In this document: positions 11,181 to 22,564 of the stretch, in pieces
Layout of the letters: each line of letters starts with the position of its first letter
Numbering within the stretch: the stretch's first letter is position 1
Assembly (NCBI GenBank): GCA_963710605.1
Contig: CAVQBA010000004.1
Location: 288,001 to 352,000 of the forward strand
Direction: 5' to 3'
DNA: 64,000 nucleotides
Origin: an uncultured cyanobacterium
GTDB lineage: Bacteria > Cyanobacteriota > Cyanobacteriia > Cyanobacteriales > Cyanobacteriaceae
Program-made: the position numbers and the translations under genes
The notes under the pieces: generated by a model
What the model saw: only the letters and a program-made list of their open reading frames with translations
Databases searched by the model: none
What the model was told of the DNA's origin: nothing

Positions 11181-11890
11181 AAAACAGATGATAAGTAAGC
11201 GTCTAAATAAATTACTAAAGAAAAATATGTATCGAGAAACAAAGCGATTGTTAGCCATTTTGTATTTAAGCCATTAAATAGTTTACACTAAAGGGTGTAA
11301 ACTGATTTCCTTACACCCTGAAAATAATCAATTAAATACGCACGATATATATTCTGATTATGTTTTCAAAATTCTATCTTTAAATATTAGTTGATTGCAT
11401 TTCGAGATAAGATTTGCGATCAATGATTAAAAATTTTTCAATCAAGTAATCTAATTTTACTGCAAAATTTCGATCGATTACTTTTACTAATAGATTTTGT
11501 GCAATATTATAGTTATAGAAATTTCTAACTTAAATCTAGTGTGATTCGCTTAACCAAAACACCAATATTAATGTTTGTAACTGTCATTAGAGTATATTTA
11601 TTTGGCAATACAGATTTTGAAACTAAATATCGATCGACAGTATATTTACATCTGCTCCTAATTGTAAAAACTCAATCTTTTCCGGAATGGAACTAATTTG
11701 TTTTTCCATATACTCTGTCTCATTGATGCCAGCATTAAAGCAGTCTGACCTTTATAGTCTTAAAGTTTAATAATTCGTCTGATTTAATTAAAAGTTGTAT
11801 TTTCGAAGTCGAAAATAAAGTAACAAAGGCTTGATATTTTACTGCAACTACGATAACTTTACTAAGTTAAATTCTAGAAAACTCACCATA

Positions 11891-12548
11891 ATGACTTCCA
11901 AACAAAAAACTTGGATTCCTTATCAGATGAAGGATGTTGTCGATGTGAATGATGCACAAATGTCAGTGCGTAATTATATCGAACATAAGGATATTAGATG
12001 TTATCTTGAATCTAATTAATCAATAAGAAAAAATATCGGTACAGCCGCAGAATTTGGTTGTGGATATGGGAGAATGACTCAAGTTTTAACGGAGTTTGCG
12101 GAAGATGTTGTCGGGATAGAAAGAGAGCAATTATTAGTAAATGAAGCTACTTGTCTTATCCCCGATGTTAAATTTACCAATATACAAATTATCTCCTTTT
12201 GACGAATTCTATCTTCATCGAATTACTCGAAGAGCGAATTCATTTGACGTAATAATAACATTTACATTTTTACAGCATCTGATTGAAGACAAGGCACAAG
12301 CAGTCATTAAAGAGATGATAAGCAGGTTTAAAAACAGATTGGACATATTTTTATCTGCGAAGAAACGGATGAGCAACATATTTCAGGAGATATAAACGAT
12401 CCGTTAGGACGTTGTAGTATAGGTAGGAGCGTAGAAAGGTATTGCGAATATTGTCAAGCCTTTAGATCTTCAGTTTACAACTCCTAGAAGAATAGAACCA
12501 GATTATCCCAGAGAAAATACGGGTACATATATGTTATTTAGTAAATAA
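11891..12548 (+). pseudogene. Class I SAM-dependent methyltransferase, several frameshifts
   Basis: Fragments read AAEFGCGYGRMT (SAM motif I), VVGIERE, FDVIITFTFLQHL, ending GTYMLFSK*. Confidence 0.7.
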
Positions 12549-12681
12549 ATAAATCAAATTCAGTGACTGAGTTATAGCAGAAAATACTCGAAGTGTTTGA
12601 CATAACTTAAAAAAGAAACGATGATACTCGATTGATCTTAGTTTTACCTTTATCCTTTGTTATATATCCCGATCGCACGTA

Positions 12682-12783
12682 GTATAGTAATAAATAATCA
12701 AAAACTTTATTCTTAAATCTCAATTGGCTAATTCTCCTCCTTACTGGCAAGATGCGATCGTTTATTTGAGTGAGAACGATCGT
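12682..12783 (+). repeat. Duplicate of the upstream region and first ~20 codons of the alkA-like gene
   Basis: 102 bp, about 10 mismatches by eye versus 13864-13965. Confidence 0.92.
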
Positions 12784-13171
12784 TTATATAGCAACAAATT
12801 ATGACAATATTATCATTTAAGATTCAAACTAAAAATCGTTAAAACAAAACAATCGACTTCTTGCAAGATAAAAATAAATAAGGTCAAAAGGGCACTCGTG
12901 CAAAGGGCACTCGTGCAAAGGTTATTTTTGCTCCTTGTAACCTTTTGATAATTTTTACTTTTTGTTCTGCCAAATTTAATTGATTTTCGATGTGTTATAT
13001 ATCCCTGCTATCAAATTAAACCTTAACCCAAATCTTTTTCTTCCATTACGATAATGTTGAAATTATTATTATTGCTGAATACTGTATTTCTATCTCTTGA
13101 TAGAGGTATTAATTAGTTTTTTTTGTAATTAATATATAAGTAGTAAAAATATATATACAATCAAATAAACC

Positions 13172-13336
13172 ATGGAAAATATACAATATCGAACAACAAC
13201 GGGCTGGTCGCTGATAAGTTCAGGATTAACCACACTTTTACTCAAAGTACTTCCTGGTGATTCTCTTTGGTGGGGAGTCGCTTTATTAATTATTGGAGTT
13301 GGAATACTTTTTGTCAGAAAAAGCGATTCAGTTTAA
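13172..13336 (+). CDS. 54-aa two-helix membrane microprotein (not in ORF track)
   Basis: MENIQYRTTTGWSLISSGLTTLLLKVLPGDSLWWGVALLIIGVGILFVRKSDSV*. Confidence 0.6.
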   Translation: MENIQYRTTTGWSLISSGLTTLLLKVLPGDSLWWGVALLIIGVGILFVRKSDSV

Positions 13337-13361
13337 CCTTTAAAGCTCACTCGCCAATTTC

Positions 13362-13429
13362 GTAGGTTGGGTCGAAGCCGCAAAAGTACTAATATATAAG
13401 CAATATATAAAATATTAGCAAAACCCAAC
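13362..13429 (+). repeat. GTAG-type REP-like element with 41-nt loop insert
   Basis: GTAGGTTGGGTCGAA-N41-GCAAAACCCAAC. Confidence 0.7.
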
Positions 13430-13905
13430 GATCGATCGATCGATTAGTAAATCTTGCTTTTTTCAGCATAGAGTAACGTCAATTATTTCCTTGCTTGTTT
13501 TAAAATACGCTCTCAATTCTTCTCTCATGAGTTTGAGCCAGAATGATAGTAGCATTAGGGCGAGGACGATCGACAAATTCTTTCCATGTTTTTTGAGATA
13601 GTAGCTGAAATCAAATTAGCAACAGATGCGTATCAAAAATGAAAAGTTAACGTTTGAGCAAAAACTGTAAGCTACTATCGTCTTAATATTACAATTAATT
13701 ATTCGTTTTATCGATCGCTTCAAAAATTTATTTTTATGATTAATTGTCTCATTACCTATTGTCCATTGTTTACAACTAATAATGTTCGTCAGGAAATTAA
13801 AGACAAAAATCTAGTTTAATTTTACTTACTATTAACTCGATCGTAAGCTCGATATTTTTCAATGTATAGTAATAAATCATCGCCAACTTTATTCTTAAAT
13901 CTCAA

Positions 13906-14520
13906 TTGACTAATTCTCCTCCTTACTGGCAAGATGCGATCGCTCATCTGAGTAAAAACGATCGTATTATGGCTGAGTTAATTCAAAAGTATCCTCAAGA
14001 AAAATTAACTTGTTTAGGTAATCCTTTTCAAACATTAATTAGAGCAGTAATCGGGCAACAAGTTTCGGTTAAATCGGCTGAATCTAGTTGGCAAAAACTT
14101 AAACAAAAACTAGTTAAAATTACACCCAACGATTTTTTTAATTTGACAGAAGAAGAATTGATTCAATGTGGTTTAACAAGACAAAAACGAGCTTATCTTA
14201 AAAACATAGCTAACGCTTTTGAGCAAAGTGTCTTAACTCCGAATCAATGGCAAGAAATGAACGATGAAGAAGTTATTAAGCAATTAGTCCAAATAAAAGG
14301 AATTGGTCCTTGGACAGCACAAATGTTTTTGATTTTTTATTTGAACCGTGCTGATGTTTTTCCGATCGCTGATATTGGTATTATTAATGCTGTCAAACTC
14401 AATTATGGAGATTCTACTAAAGAACAAATTTTAACTCGCTCTTTGGATTGGAAGCCTTATCGTACTGTGGCTAGTTGGTATCTATGGTTGAGCTTAGATC
14501 CTTTAACTGTTCAATATTAA
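13906..14520 (+). CDS. alkA: DNA-3-methyladenine glycosylase II (HhH-GPD family)
   Basis: VIGQQVS, IKGIGPWTAQMFL (HhH), DVFPIAD, WKPYRTVASWYLW; TTG start. Confidence 0.88.
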   Translation: MTNSPPYWQDAIAHLSKNDRIMAELIQKYPQEKLTCLGNPFQTLIRAVIGQQVSVKSAESSWQKLKQKLVKITPNDFFNLTEEELIQCGLTRQKRAYLKNIANAFEQSVLTPNQWQEMNDEEVIKQLVQIKGIGPWTAQMFLIFYLNRADVFPIADIGIINAVKLNYGDSTKEQILTRSLDWKPYRTVASWYLWLSLDPLTVQY

Positions 14521-14573
14521 ATTTTAGCAAGTATAATTGTATTAATGTTTTCTATTTGATTTTATGATGGTTG

Positions 14574-14628
14574 GAGTTTAATTTATTAAACGGTATCTAT
14601 TAGCCTTGTAATTTATTGCAAGGTGGGG
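14574..14628 (-). repeat. Family C two-hairpin core
   Basis: GAGTTTAATTTATTAAAC and GCCTTGTAATTTATTGCAAGGT, similar to 4076-4133. Confidence 0.75.
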
Positions 14629-14673
14629 TAAATATTCAAGTTTTAGATTTGATGAAAAATAAACAAAATATAT

Positions 14674-14763
14674 TAATAATATTTATTTCAAAATTTCCTG
14701 TTTAATTTTATAATGGTTGGAGTTTAATTAACCGCAGAGGACGCAGAGTACGCAGAGAGTGTT
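14674..14763 (+). repeat. Dispersed repeat with 9-mer ACGCAGAG(G/T) units; inverted copy at 18455-18527
   Basis: TATAATGGTTGGAGTTTAATTAACCGCAGAG versus CTCTGCGGTTAATAAAACTCCAACCATTATA. Confidence 0.8.
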
Positions 14764-14878
14764 TTTGAGATTGACGGCTATTTATCAAATATTTCTGGAC
14801 TAAGAGAGTGTTTTTGAGGACGTAACTGTTTGTTGTCTAAAATATTAATTCAAACAAATATAACACGATTATGATAGT

Positions 14879-17800
14879 TCATTCTTCTGAATCTACTAAA
14901 CATTTAGAAACCGACTGCTCTTTATCTGGAGAAAAATGCTGGAATTTATATTCAGTTTCGATACTATTAGAAGCTTCTTCGTTTACTACTATTGCTAAGT
15001 AAACTTCTCTTTTAGGATCGCCATTTTCTTTAAATTGAAGCGAATCTCCTGATGTGTTTTCTGGTTTCAGGTTTAAAGATTTTAAATTATTCAATAATTC
15101 TTGTCTGGTAATATCAGCAGATAAAGACTTGATAAAAGCTTGTGTGGCATCAAAACTACTAGCTGTTCGCCAACTAATTTTTCCCCATCTTTTTAGTGCC
15201 TCTTTTGCATAATCACTTTCGTAATTGAGAACCCAAGGAACGACTATAATTAAGCCTTCAACCGCCGAGTTACCCTCAACTAAGGTGTAAGGATTCTCTA
15301 GTACATTATCACCTAATAATTTTAGTCTTTTGTCTGGTTCAAGATTCTCATTTGTTTGTGCTAAAGAAATAGCACCAGAAACGGTTTTGATACTGGGAAA
15401 TAAAAACAATACTTGTGAGCCAGATTGTAAACTGTTTTTTATTTCTAAATCGGCATTTATTCGATCGTTTGGATTCTTCAGCTCAATTGAGTTAGTTACA
15501 ATTCCTCCTAGCTGTTTGAATTCTTCTTGAAAATATTTTTTCAGCGTTCTACTATAGGAACTAGAATCATCATAAACTAACGTTCCTTTACTAAACCTTG
15601 TTGAGTCGCATGATTAGCTAGTTTTTTTCCCGATTCTAAGGTTGAAGCAATAATACGAAAAGCAATTCGACTATTTATTTCGGTGCTGGTGCTAGTGGGT
15701 AAAATCAGCGGTAATTCAGCTTCTTCGTATTTATCGATCGCCGCCGATGTCGCATTACTAGCATTATGTCCGACTACACCTAAAATACTCGTGTCTTCTA
15801 CTATTCGCTCGGCTATTTTTTTAGAAAGATTAGAGTTGTTTTCATCGTTAAAAATGATTACTTCTAACAACTTACCCTTCAAACCTCCTTTTTGATTAAA
15901 GTTAGTTTGGGCATCCGCTACGCCTTGTAACATTTCTTGTCCATTAGACGAATTGTTATTCACTGGAATGACGACGACTAATCTAAAAGGTGAACCGAAT
16001 AATCTAGCTTTAGCATTGTTTAAATAAATCTGATTTTCTGGGCTATTAGAATCATCCGCATTATCGATCGATTGTTCAAAAGATTTCATCGCTTGAATGT
16101 AATCTTCTTTTTTAAAGGCATTCATTCCCTTATTTAGATCGGGGTTAGAATTGTTTGCTAATAATGAATTTTCGCCGCTACTATAGACAAGAGTGCAATT
16201 ATTATTTAGTTTCATTTCGCCGATCGCACAACTTCTAAACTGTTTCCATAATTGATATCCTCCTAAAATAGCAAAAACTGTAATAATAGTTCCTGCAAAA
16301 AAAGACTTCTTCAAACGATCGGTATTTTTCTTTTTTTCTCGTTTTAATTGTTTTTCGCTTTCTTGTAAAAAAGTACGATCGATTTCACTCAAGTTTTTTC
16401 CTTCTGCCCAATCTATAGCTTCTTTAAAAGCATCTCCTCTTAATAGTTGTGATTTATCTTGAGAGTTAGACTTCTGCCAAGCTTCTAAAAATGGAGCATA
16501 AGGGCATAATTTACTTAGTTCTTTTTGTACCCAAACTAGATTGAAAATTTGCTGGTAAATAGGGTTATAAACTTTAATCACCGAACCGTTTCGATCTAAG
16601 TTAGTTACTTTTCTTACCAAACCAGATAATCTTAGCTCTAATTGTTCGGGGCTATTATCCGCAGGTATTTGTCGCCGTTGCCAAATTTGTTGGTATATAC
16701 TTAATAAATTAGAACTTGAGTCATGTTTACTCAATATTCTTTCTCTGATGGTTCGTAAGTGTTGGGGTTGATTTTGTGTTTCCCAGTTGTTGACGATTGA
16801 GTTTATCACTAATTGCGTTACCAAAGATTGGTCATTTGTTGAGGAAGACAAGTTTTCATCTGCTTGTTGTTGAATCAATAATTGACATAGTTTTTGAGTT
16901 AAAAAAGGCTGTCCTCCCGTCCATTGAAGAATTTCTTTGATTGTCGCAGGAGAATTTTCTACGTATCCCTCTAATCCTTGAGTTAAAGACTTAACTTCAT
17001 CAAATTGAAAACCATTAAGTTCGATCGCTTTACCAATATTAAAAGGAGTTCGGTTTTTATCTTGAATTAAATCTGAAGGGGTAGTTACTCCAAATAAAGC
17101 AAAAACAAGACGATTGAATGCTGGTTTTTCTGCTCTTTGGTTATAACAAGAGCGAATCAAAGCAAAGAAATCAATCATTTCAGGATATTCAAATAACCTT
17201 TCTATTTGATTGAAAGCCAAAACTAAAGCATTGTCTATTTTAGGTAATAAATAGCTTTGAAAATAGATTTTACAGCTAGTCATACTGCTTCTGTTTTTAT
17301 ATTGCTCCCATTTATCTTCTAGCCCCAAATTAGAGGTTATTTTTAAACATAAGGATTCTAAAAAAAGATCTAAATCAGTGAAACTTTTTCGATTGATTGT
17401 TCTTAAACTAATACGTACTGTCTGATAATTTTGTTGTTTTGCTTTGGTAATAATTCGTCTTAATAAAGAAGTTTTTCCCATTCTAGCAGGTGCTTTGATG
17501 CGAATAAGACAACCTGAAGAGCGTGATATTTCTTGATAACAAAGTTCTTCTAAAGGCGATCGATTAATATAAAATGATGAATCTGAAGAAAGCGATCGAG
17601 TAGGAAATTCTATATTGAGATTTTGGCTTTGATTTATCTTCTGCTCACATCGCTCTAAAGCTTGCCTAAAGTCTGTTTTACTCACTTTTTCTCCTAAAGC
17701 TTGAGAAAGTTTTTTGAACAATTTAGAGCCAATATCTCGTTGTATATGATTAACAGAATAACCTGCCTCTTCAGCTATCTGGTAATACTTTTTTCCGTGC

Positions 17801-17901
17801 CAAGCTCCCATTAAGACAATATTTTCTAAATCTGTCAAATGTTTTCCGCTCTTTTCATAGACAGTTGTATCGACAATCTTGAATGCTTCTTGGAAATCCA
17901 T
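14879..17901 (-). CDS. wHTH + AAA-like NTPase + TM + branched-chain amino acid-type substrate-binding domain protein; one frameshift near 15585
   Basis: N-terminal LTDLENIVLMGAW..YYQIAE; Walker A APARMGKTS; WTGGQPFLTQKLC; TM; VVGHNAS. A shifted frame (LVYDDSSSYSRTL...VLFLFPS) joins the two ORFs. Confidence 0.8.
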
Positions 17902-17918
17902 TTTTATCAATTAACAAT

Positions 17919-18033
17919 TATAGTTGTTTGAATTAAGTTTGAGACAGTATAAATAATAGTGGAAATACGAACCTTTAACCCGCCTTACAATGAATTGACA
18001 AGGCTCATAAAATTCGTTTAATAAATTAAACTT
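17919..18033 (+). repeat. Family C MITE, partial copy
   Basis: TATAGTTGTTTGAATTAAGTTTGAGACAG...GCCTTACAATGAATTGACAAGGC...GTTTAATAAATTAAAC. Confidence 0.75.
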
Positions 18034-18352
18034 TTTTTTAATCTTCTAGCTTATAGCTTACAGCTTTTTGAATAATCAATTACTTACTTTTCCCTACCTT
18101 CTGATTTTTTTTGGCAACTATTCCTTACCTTTTCCTATTGTTTGAAAATTATTCTTAGGTCAAACTATTAATAGATAAGTTATTAAAATTAAGACAAATT
18201 AGAATTCATTTAATAAACTAAATGTTTTTACTACTAATATATATTTTTTATTAGCTTTTTTTACTATTACTAAAATTAACTTTATTAATAACTATAACAA
18301 AAGAATAAAGTCTAATTTTAAAGTTAAAAAGCCGATCGATATTATTTACTTC

Positions 18353-18426
18353 TATAGTAGTAAACGAGTTGTTTTAAACAGTTGAATCTAGTTCCCCTTC
18401 CTTTGAAGGAGGGGTTAGGGGTGGTT
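18353..18426 (+). repeat. Family B repeat copy
   Basis: Near-identical to 26940-27012 (TATAG.AGTAAACGAGTTGTTTTAAACAGTTGAATC...GGAGGGGTTAGGGGTGG). Confidence 0.8.
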
Positions 18427-18552
18427 GATATGTCTGTAGATTAATGTTTTAACTAACACTCTCTGCGGTTAATAAAACTCCAACCATTATAAAATCAAAC
18501 AGAGAATTCACAAAATAAATATTATTACTATCAAAATAAGGAGAAAATACTC

Positions 18553-20159
18553 ATGTTTCTAACCAAACGTACCATCAAAATTATTTCTTATATACTCTTA
18601 GGTTTCTTCTCTAGTATATGTTTTTTTTGGGGAAGTAATACATTAGCTCAAAATATATCATCTCCTTTTTATTGGGAATATATCAACGTTAATATTGATG
18701 TTCAAGACAATGGAGATATGCTGATAAATGAAAGCCAAAAATATGTTTTTACTCAAGCACATTCTAACGAACGTTATCGTTATATTCCTTTAAATAAAGT
18801 CGATCGAATTACCGATGTGGAAGTTTTTGAAGACGATAAATCATTACCAATCGAAACAGGAATTAAAAACAATCAAATGTGGATTAGTTGGAAAAATTCC
18901 TTAAATCCGCCCGAAGAGCATATTTTTGAAATTAAATATCGAGTTGTTGGTGGATTACATATATACGACGATCGAGGAGATCGAAGTTTATTGGCAAGCA
19001 GTATTTAGCTCTCGTAATGCACCGATTCAAAAATCAACTGTAACTGTAATATTACCTGAATCTGTATCTAATCAAATTATGCACTTTCAAAGTTTTGGCG
19101 TACCAACTTCCTCCGAAAAAATTGATTCTCGCACAGTACGTTATATTGCCAAAGATGCACTACAACCGCGAGAAAAAATGGAAGTAGAAATTATTTTTCC
19201 TCATGGAATTATTCAAACCCAACCCGCTAATTGGCAAGTCACTCAAGAGAGAAATCGTCAAAGAAGGGAACAACAAAGAAGAATTGAGAATGAAAGTGCA
19301 ATACATAAGAAGTACTCCTATATATATTAAAAAAACAGCTCGTTATGTATATTTAACTATTGGTAGTCTTGCCTTCACATTGATTGTTCATTGTTTAATT
19401 TAATTAATTCCCGAAAACCAATTTCGATCGAACCTGTAGGAGTTACCAATCAATCTTTGAAAAATTTCGATAAAAGTACTTCTATTTTATTTTTTCTAAG
19501 TTCTTGTAGCCAAGTACTAGCTGTGTTTTTTGAATTTGTCAGCAGTCTTATCTTTATATGGAATTGGAATTCTGTACACTACTACTCACACACTTTGGAT
19601 AGCTTTTATACTTTTGGTTATCGTTGCTTTTGTCTATTCTCACAGGGTTACAAAACATTGGTATAAATTCTATGAACGATCGTGTAAATGCTCTGGTTGC
19701 CAAAAAAAGATGACTGAGCTTAATGTTCCAGTATCGACTATTTTATCTCAACGAAGCTCAACAAGTTGCTAAAAATTTAAACAGTACTTATTTTCGAGTT
19801 TGGCAATGTTCTAATTGCGATTTAAGTAATTATTATTATTCTCAACACGAAGTTCATATTCGTGCTTATAGACTGATGATAAGTCAGGCTATACTGAATG
19901 TCCTAATTGCCAAGAAATGACCATTATACTCCAGACTAGAGTTCTTGAGCAAGCAACCACTAGTTATTCTGGACGACGATTAATGATCTACAGTTGTCGC
20001 TGCCTCTCTTGTGATTATCGCCACGAGGAAACGACAACTATACCTCGAATTCAGGAGAGTAGTAGTAGTGTGTATAGTGGTAGTGGTAGTAGCGATAGCG
20101 GTAGTAGTAGTTGTGATAGTGGTGGAGGTGACGGCGGTGGTGGCGGTGGTGGTGGCTAA
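18553..20159 (+). pseudogene. DUF2207-like membrane protein with Cys-rich region and Gly/Ser tail; multiple frameshifts
   Basis: Signal peptide, INVNIDVQDNGDM.I.E, VYWQA, TM segments, CxxC pairs and SSGGGDGGGG tail spread over overlapping ORFs. Confidence 0.65.
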
Positions 20160-21860
20160 AACTTTTCTTCTTCTGTATTAAATATGTATTTGTTTTGCCG
20201 TTGAATTTCGGCATCTAAAAAACTTAATGCTATATTTAAAGCCGAACTACAAGTGGGTAAAAAATTCTGTTTGGGTAATGTTTTATATATACGAAACCGC
20301 TCTAATCTTTCCTTCACCTGTCCTGTTGCCCCCACAATCAAAATTTTACCCTGCCCTTGACGACGGGCTGTTTTAATTTCACTTTCGATCGTCATTGCTG
20401 CGGTTACACCTACTAATGGTACATTGGTTAAATCTAAAATCAAAACATCAAAATTTTGCCCCATATGAAAGGCGATCGTTCTGGCTGCTCCATAACTCAT
20501 CGGACCTGTCATATGAATTAAGATAATTTTTCCTTTTTCCTGAGCCTGACGTAAAAGTTGGCATTCAGGTGGCGTTAATTCTGCTATCGGCTTGTCATTA
20601 GCACTCGTAATTGCTTGAACTCGATCGACTTGAAGACTAGTCAAACGATGAATCGTGAGAATATTAGCGACAAATGCTCCGACAACAACAGCCGTAACAA
20701 GATCGACAAATACGGTCAGAAATAATACTCCATATGTAACTAGTGTCGCTCGCATCGATACCTGACAGATACGCCACAAAAAACTCCAGTCGATAATTTT
20801 AATCCCTACTTGAATTAAAATTCCAGCTAGTACAGCATGGGGAATTTGAGCGGTAATGTCTCCTGCCCATAGTACAATGCAAAGCAAAATCAGAGCATGA
20901 AACATCCCTGATAAAGGAGTGCTTCCTCCTGCTTGTACATTAATAACTGTACGCATTGTTGCTCCCGCACCTGGAAGCCCACCAAATAATCCAGAAATTA
21001 AATTACCAATTCCTTGACCGATTAATTCTTGCTCCGAATCGTGTCGAGTACGAGTAATATTATCAGCAACTAAAGAAGTTAATAACGAATCGATTGCCCC
21101 AAGAGTAGCCAGCATAAAAGCATAACTAACAATATCTCTAATTTGTGCTAGATTTAGTTGAGGTAACTGTAGCTGAGGAAATCCTTGAGGAATATTACCA
21201 ATACGAGCCACATCGCTATTAGGGAAGACTAAAATTGAAATCAAAGTACAAATAATTAGTGCCAGTAAAGGTGAGGGAACAATTTTAGCTAGTTTTCCCG
21301 ACCAACCAAAGACGATCGCCAGAGTCAAAACTCCTATTCCTGCGGCGATAGAGTGAGGATTTGCCAGACGCTTCTGGTAATTGCTGTAAAACTTCTAAGA
21401 CACTACTTTGAGCTGGATGACCTAATAAAGGTGCAAGTTGCAGTATAACAATAATTACCCCAATACCAGACATGAAGCCAGACACCACGGTATAAGGCAT
21501 CAAAGTAATAAATTGTCCTAAGCGTAAAATACCAAATAAAATTTGGAATATACCACCAAGCATTACTGCTGTAAAAGCCATAGCCATTCCACTTTCAGGG
21601 TTGTCGGCGATGAGCTTTGTAAAGACAGTAGCCATCACGACAGTCATTGGTCCAGTCGGACCAGTTACCTGAGAGGGTGTTCCTCCAAACAAAGCGGCAA
21701 AAAAACCAGTGAAAATAGCTCCGTAAAGTCCTGCGATCGCTCCTGCTCCTGAAGCTACCCCAAAAGCTAAGGCTAAGGGTAATGCAACTATTGAAGCGGT
21801 TAATCCACCAAATAAATCCCCTTTAAGGTTATCTAATTTTAAGCGGTTAACTAGTTCCAT
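20156..21860 (-). CDS. SulP/BicA-family anion (bicarbonate/sulfate) transporter with STAS domain; frameshift near 21370
   Basis: GDLFGGLTA..VALPLALAFG, QVTGPTGPM, GAGATMRT, C-terminal STAS (VLILDLTNV). Confidence 0.88.
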
Positions 21861-22564
21861 GATGTCTTACAGGTAATAAATTTAGTTATTTTCTTCTTAG
21901 ATACCAATCGACACAAAGCGATCGTGAAGACTATATTAGTTTTGTTAATTACTTTTGTCACACTAAAAAATAGTTTTAAGAAAAAACATTTTATTGTTAA
22001 AATTTTAAAAATAAAGTATAGATATTCAAAATATTTCTATTTTAAATAAAGAGACTTTTTATTCTGTATTAATTTTAACTGATTAATATTTACTTTATAA
22101 ACTTAAAAATATTCAAAAACTCAACTCATAAACAAATCTTAACGTTTTTCGATAGCTTTTGAAGAAGACTGGACTTTAGTTGTTATGTATTTGATAATAC
22201 ATTTGACTATAAATATTTAGATTAAATTTAATTATTAATTAGTCTTTGAACTAAGAATAATAATTTTGATAGTGTGTATATATATTTTACATAATAGTTA
22301 TGTTTTATCTAAATAATTAACGATAATTTCGATTGATTAATTAAAAATATTATAATCTATCAAATACATTTAAAAAGATAAAATAAGTAACTATTTAATT
22401 GGTATTTTTTGGTTGAGTAATTATATATATATTGAAAACTAATGATTTATTTTTAGCGAAAAAAGTGTATTTTAGTTATATAAAAAAACATAGCTATAAT
22501 CACTATTTACTCTTAAAAAACACAAATATTAGAAAGTCTTTAGCAAATATTTAGGAGTTACATT

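Noticed and set aside
11330-11760. Possible decayed minus-strand gene
   Set aside because: No sustained frame or recognisable motif.
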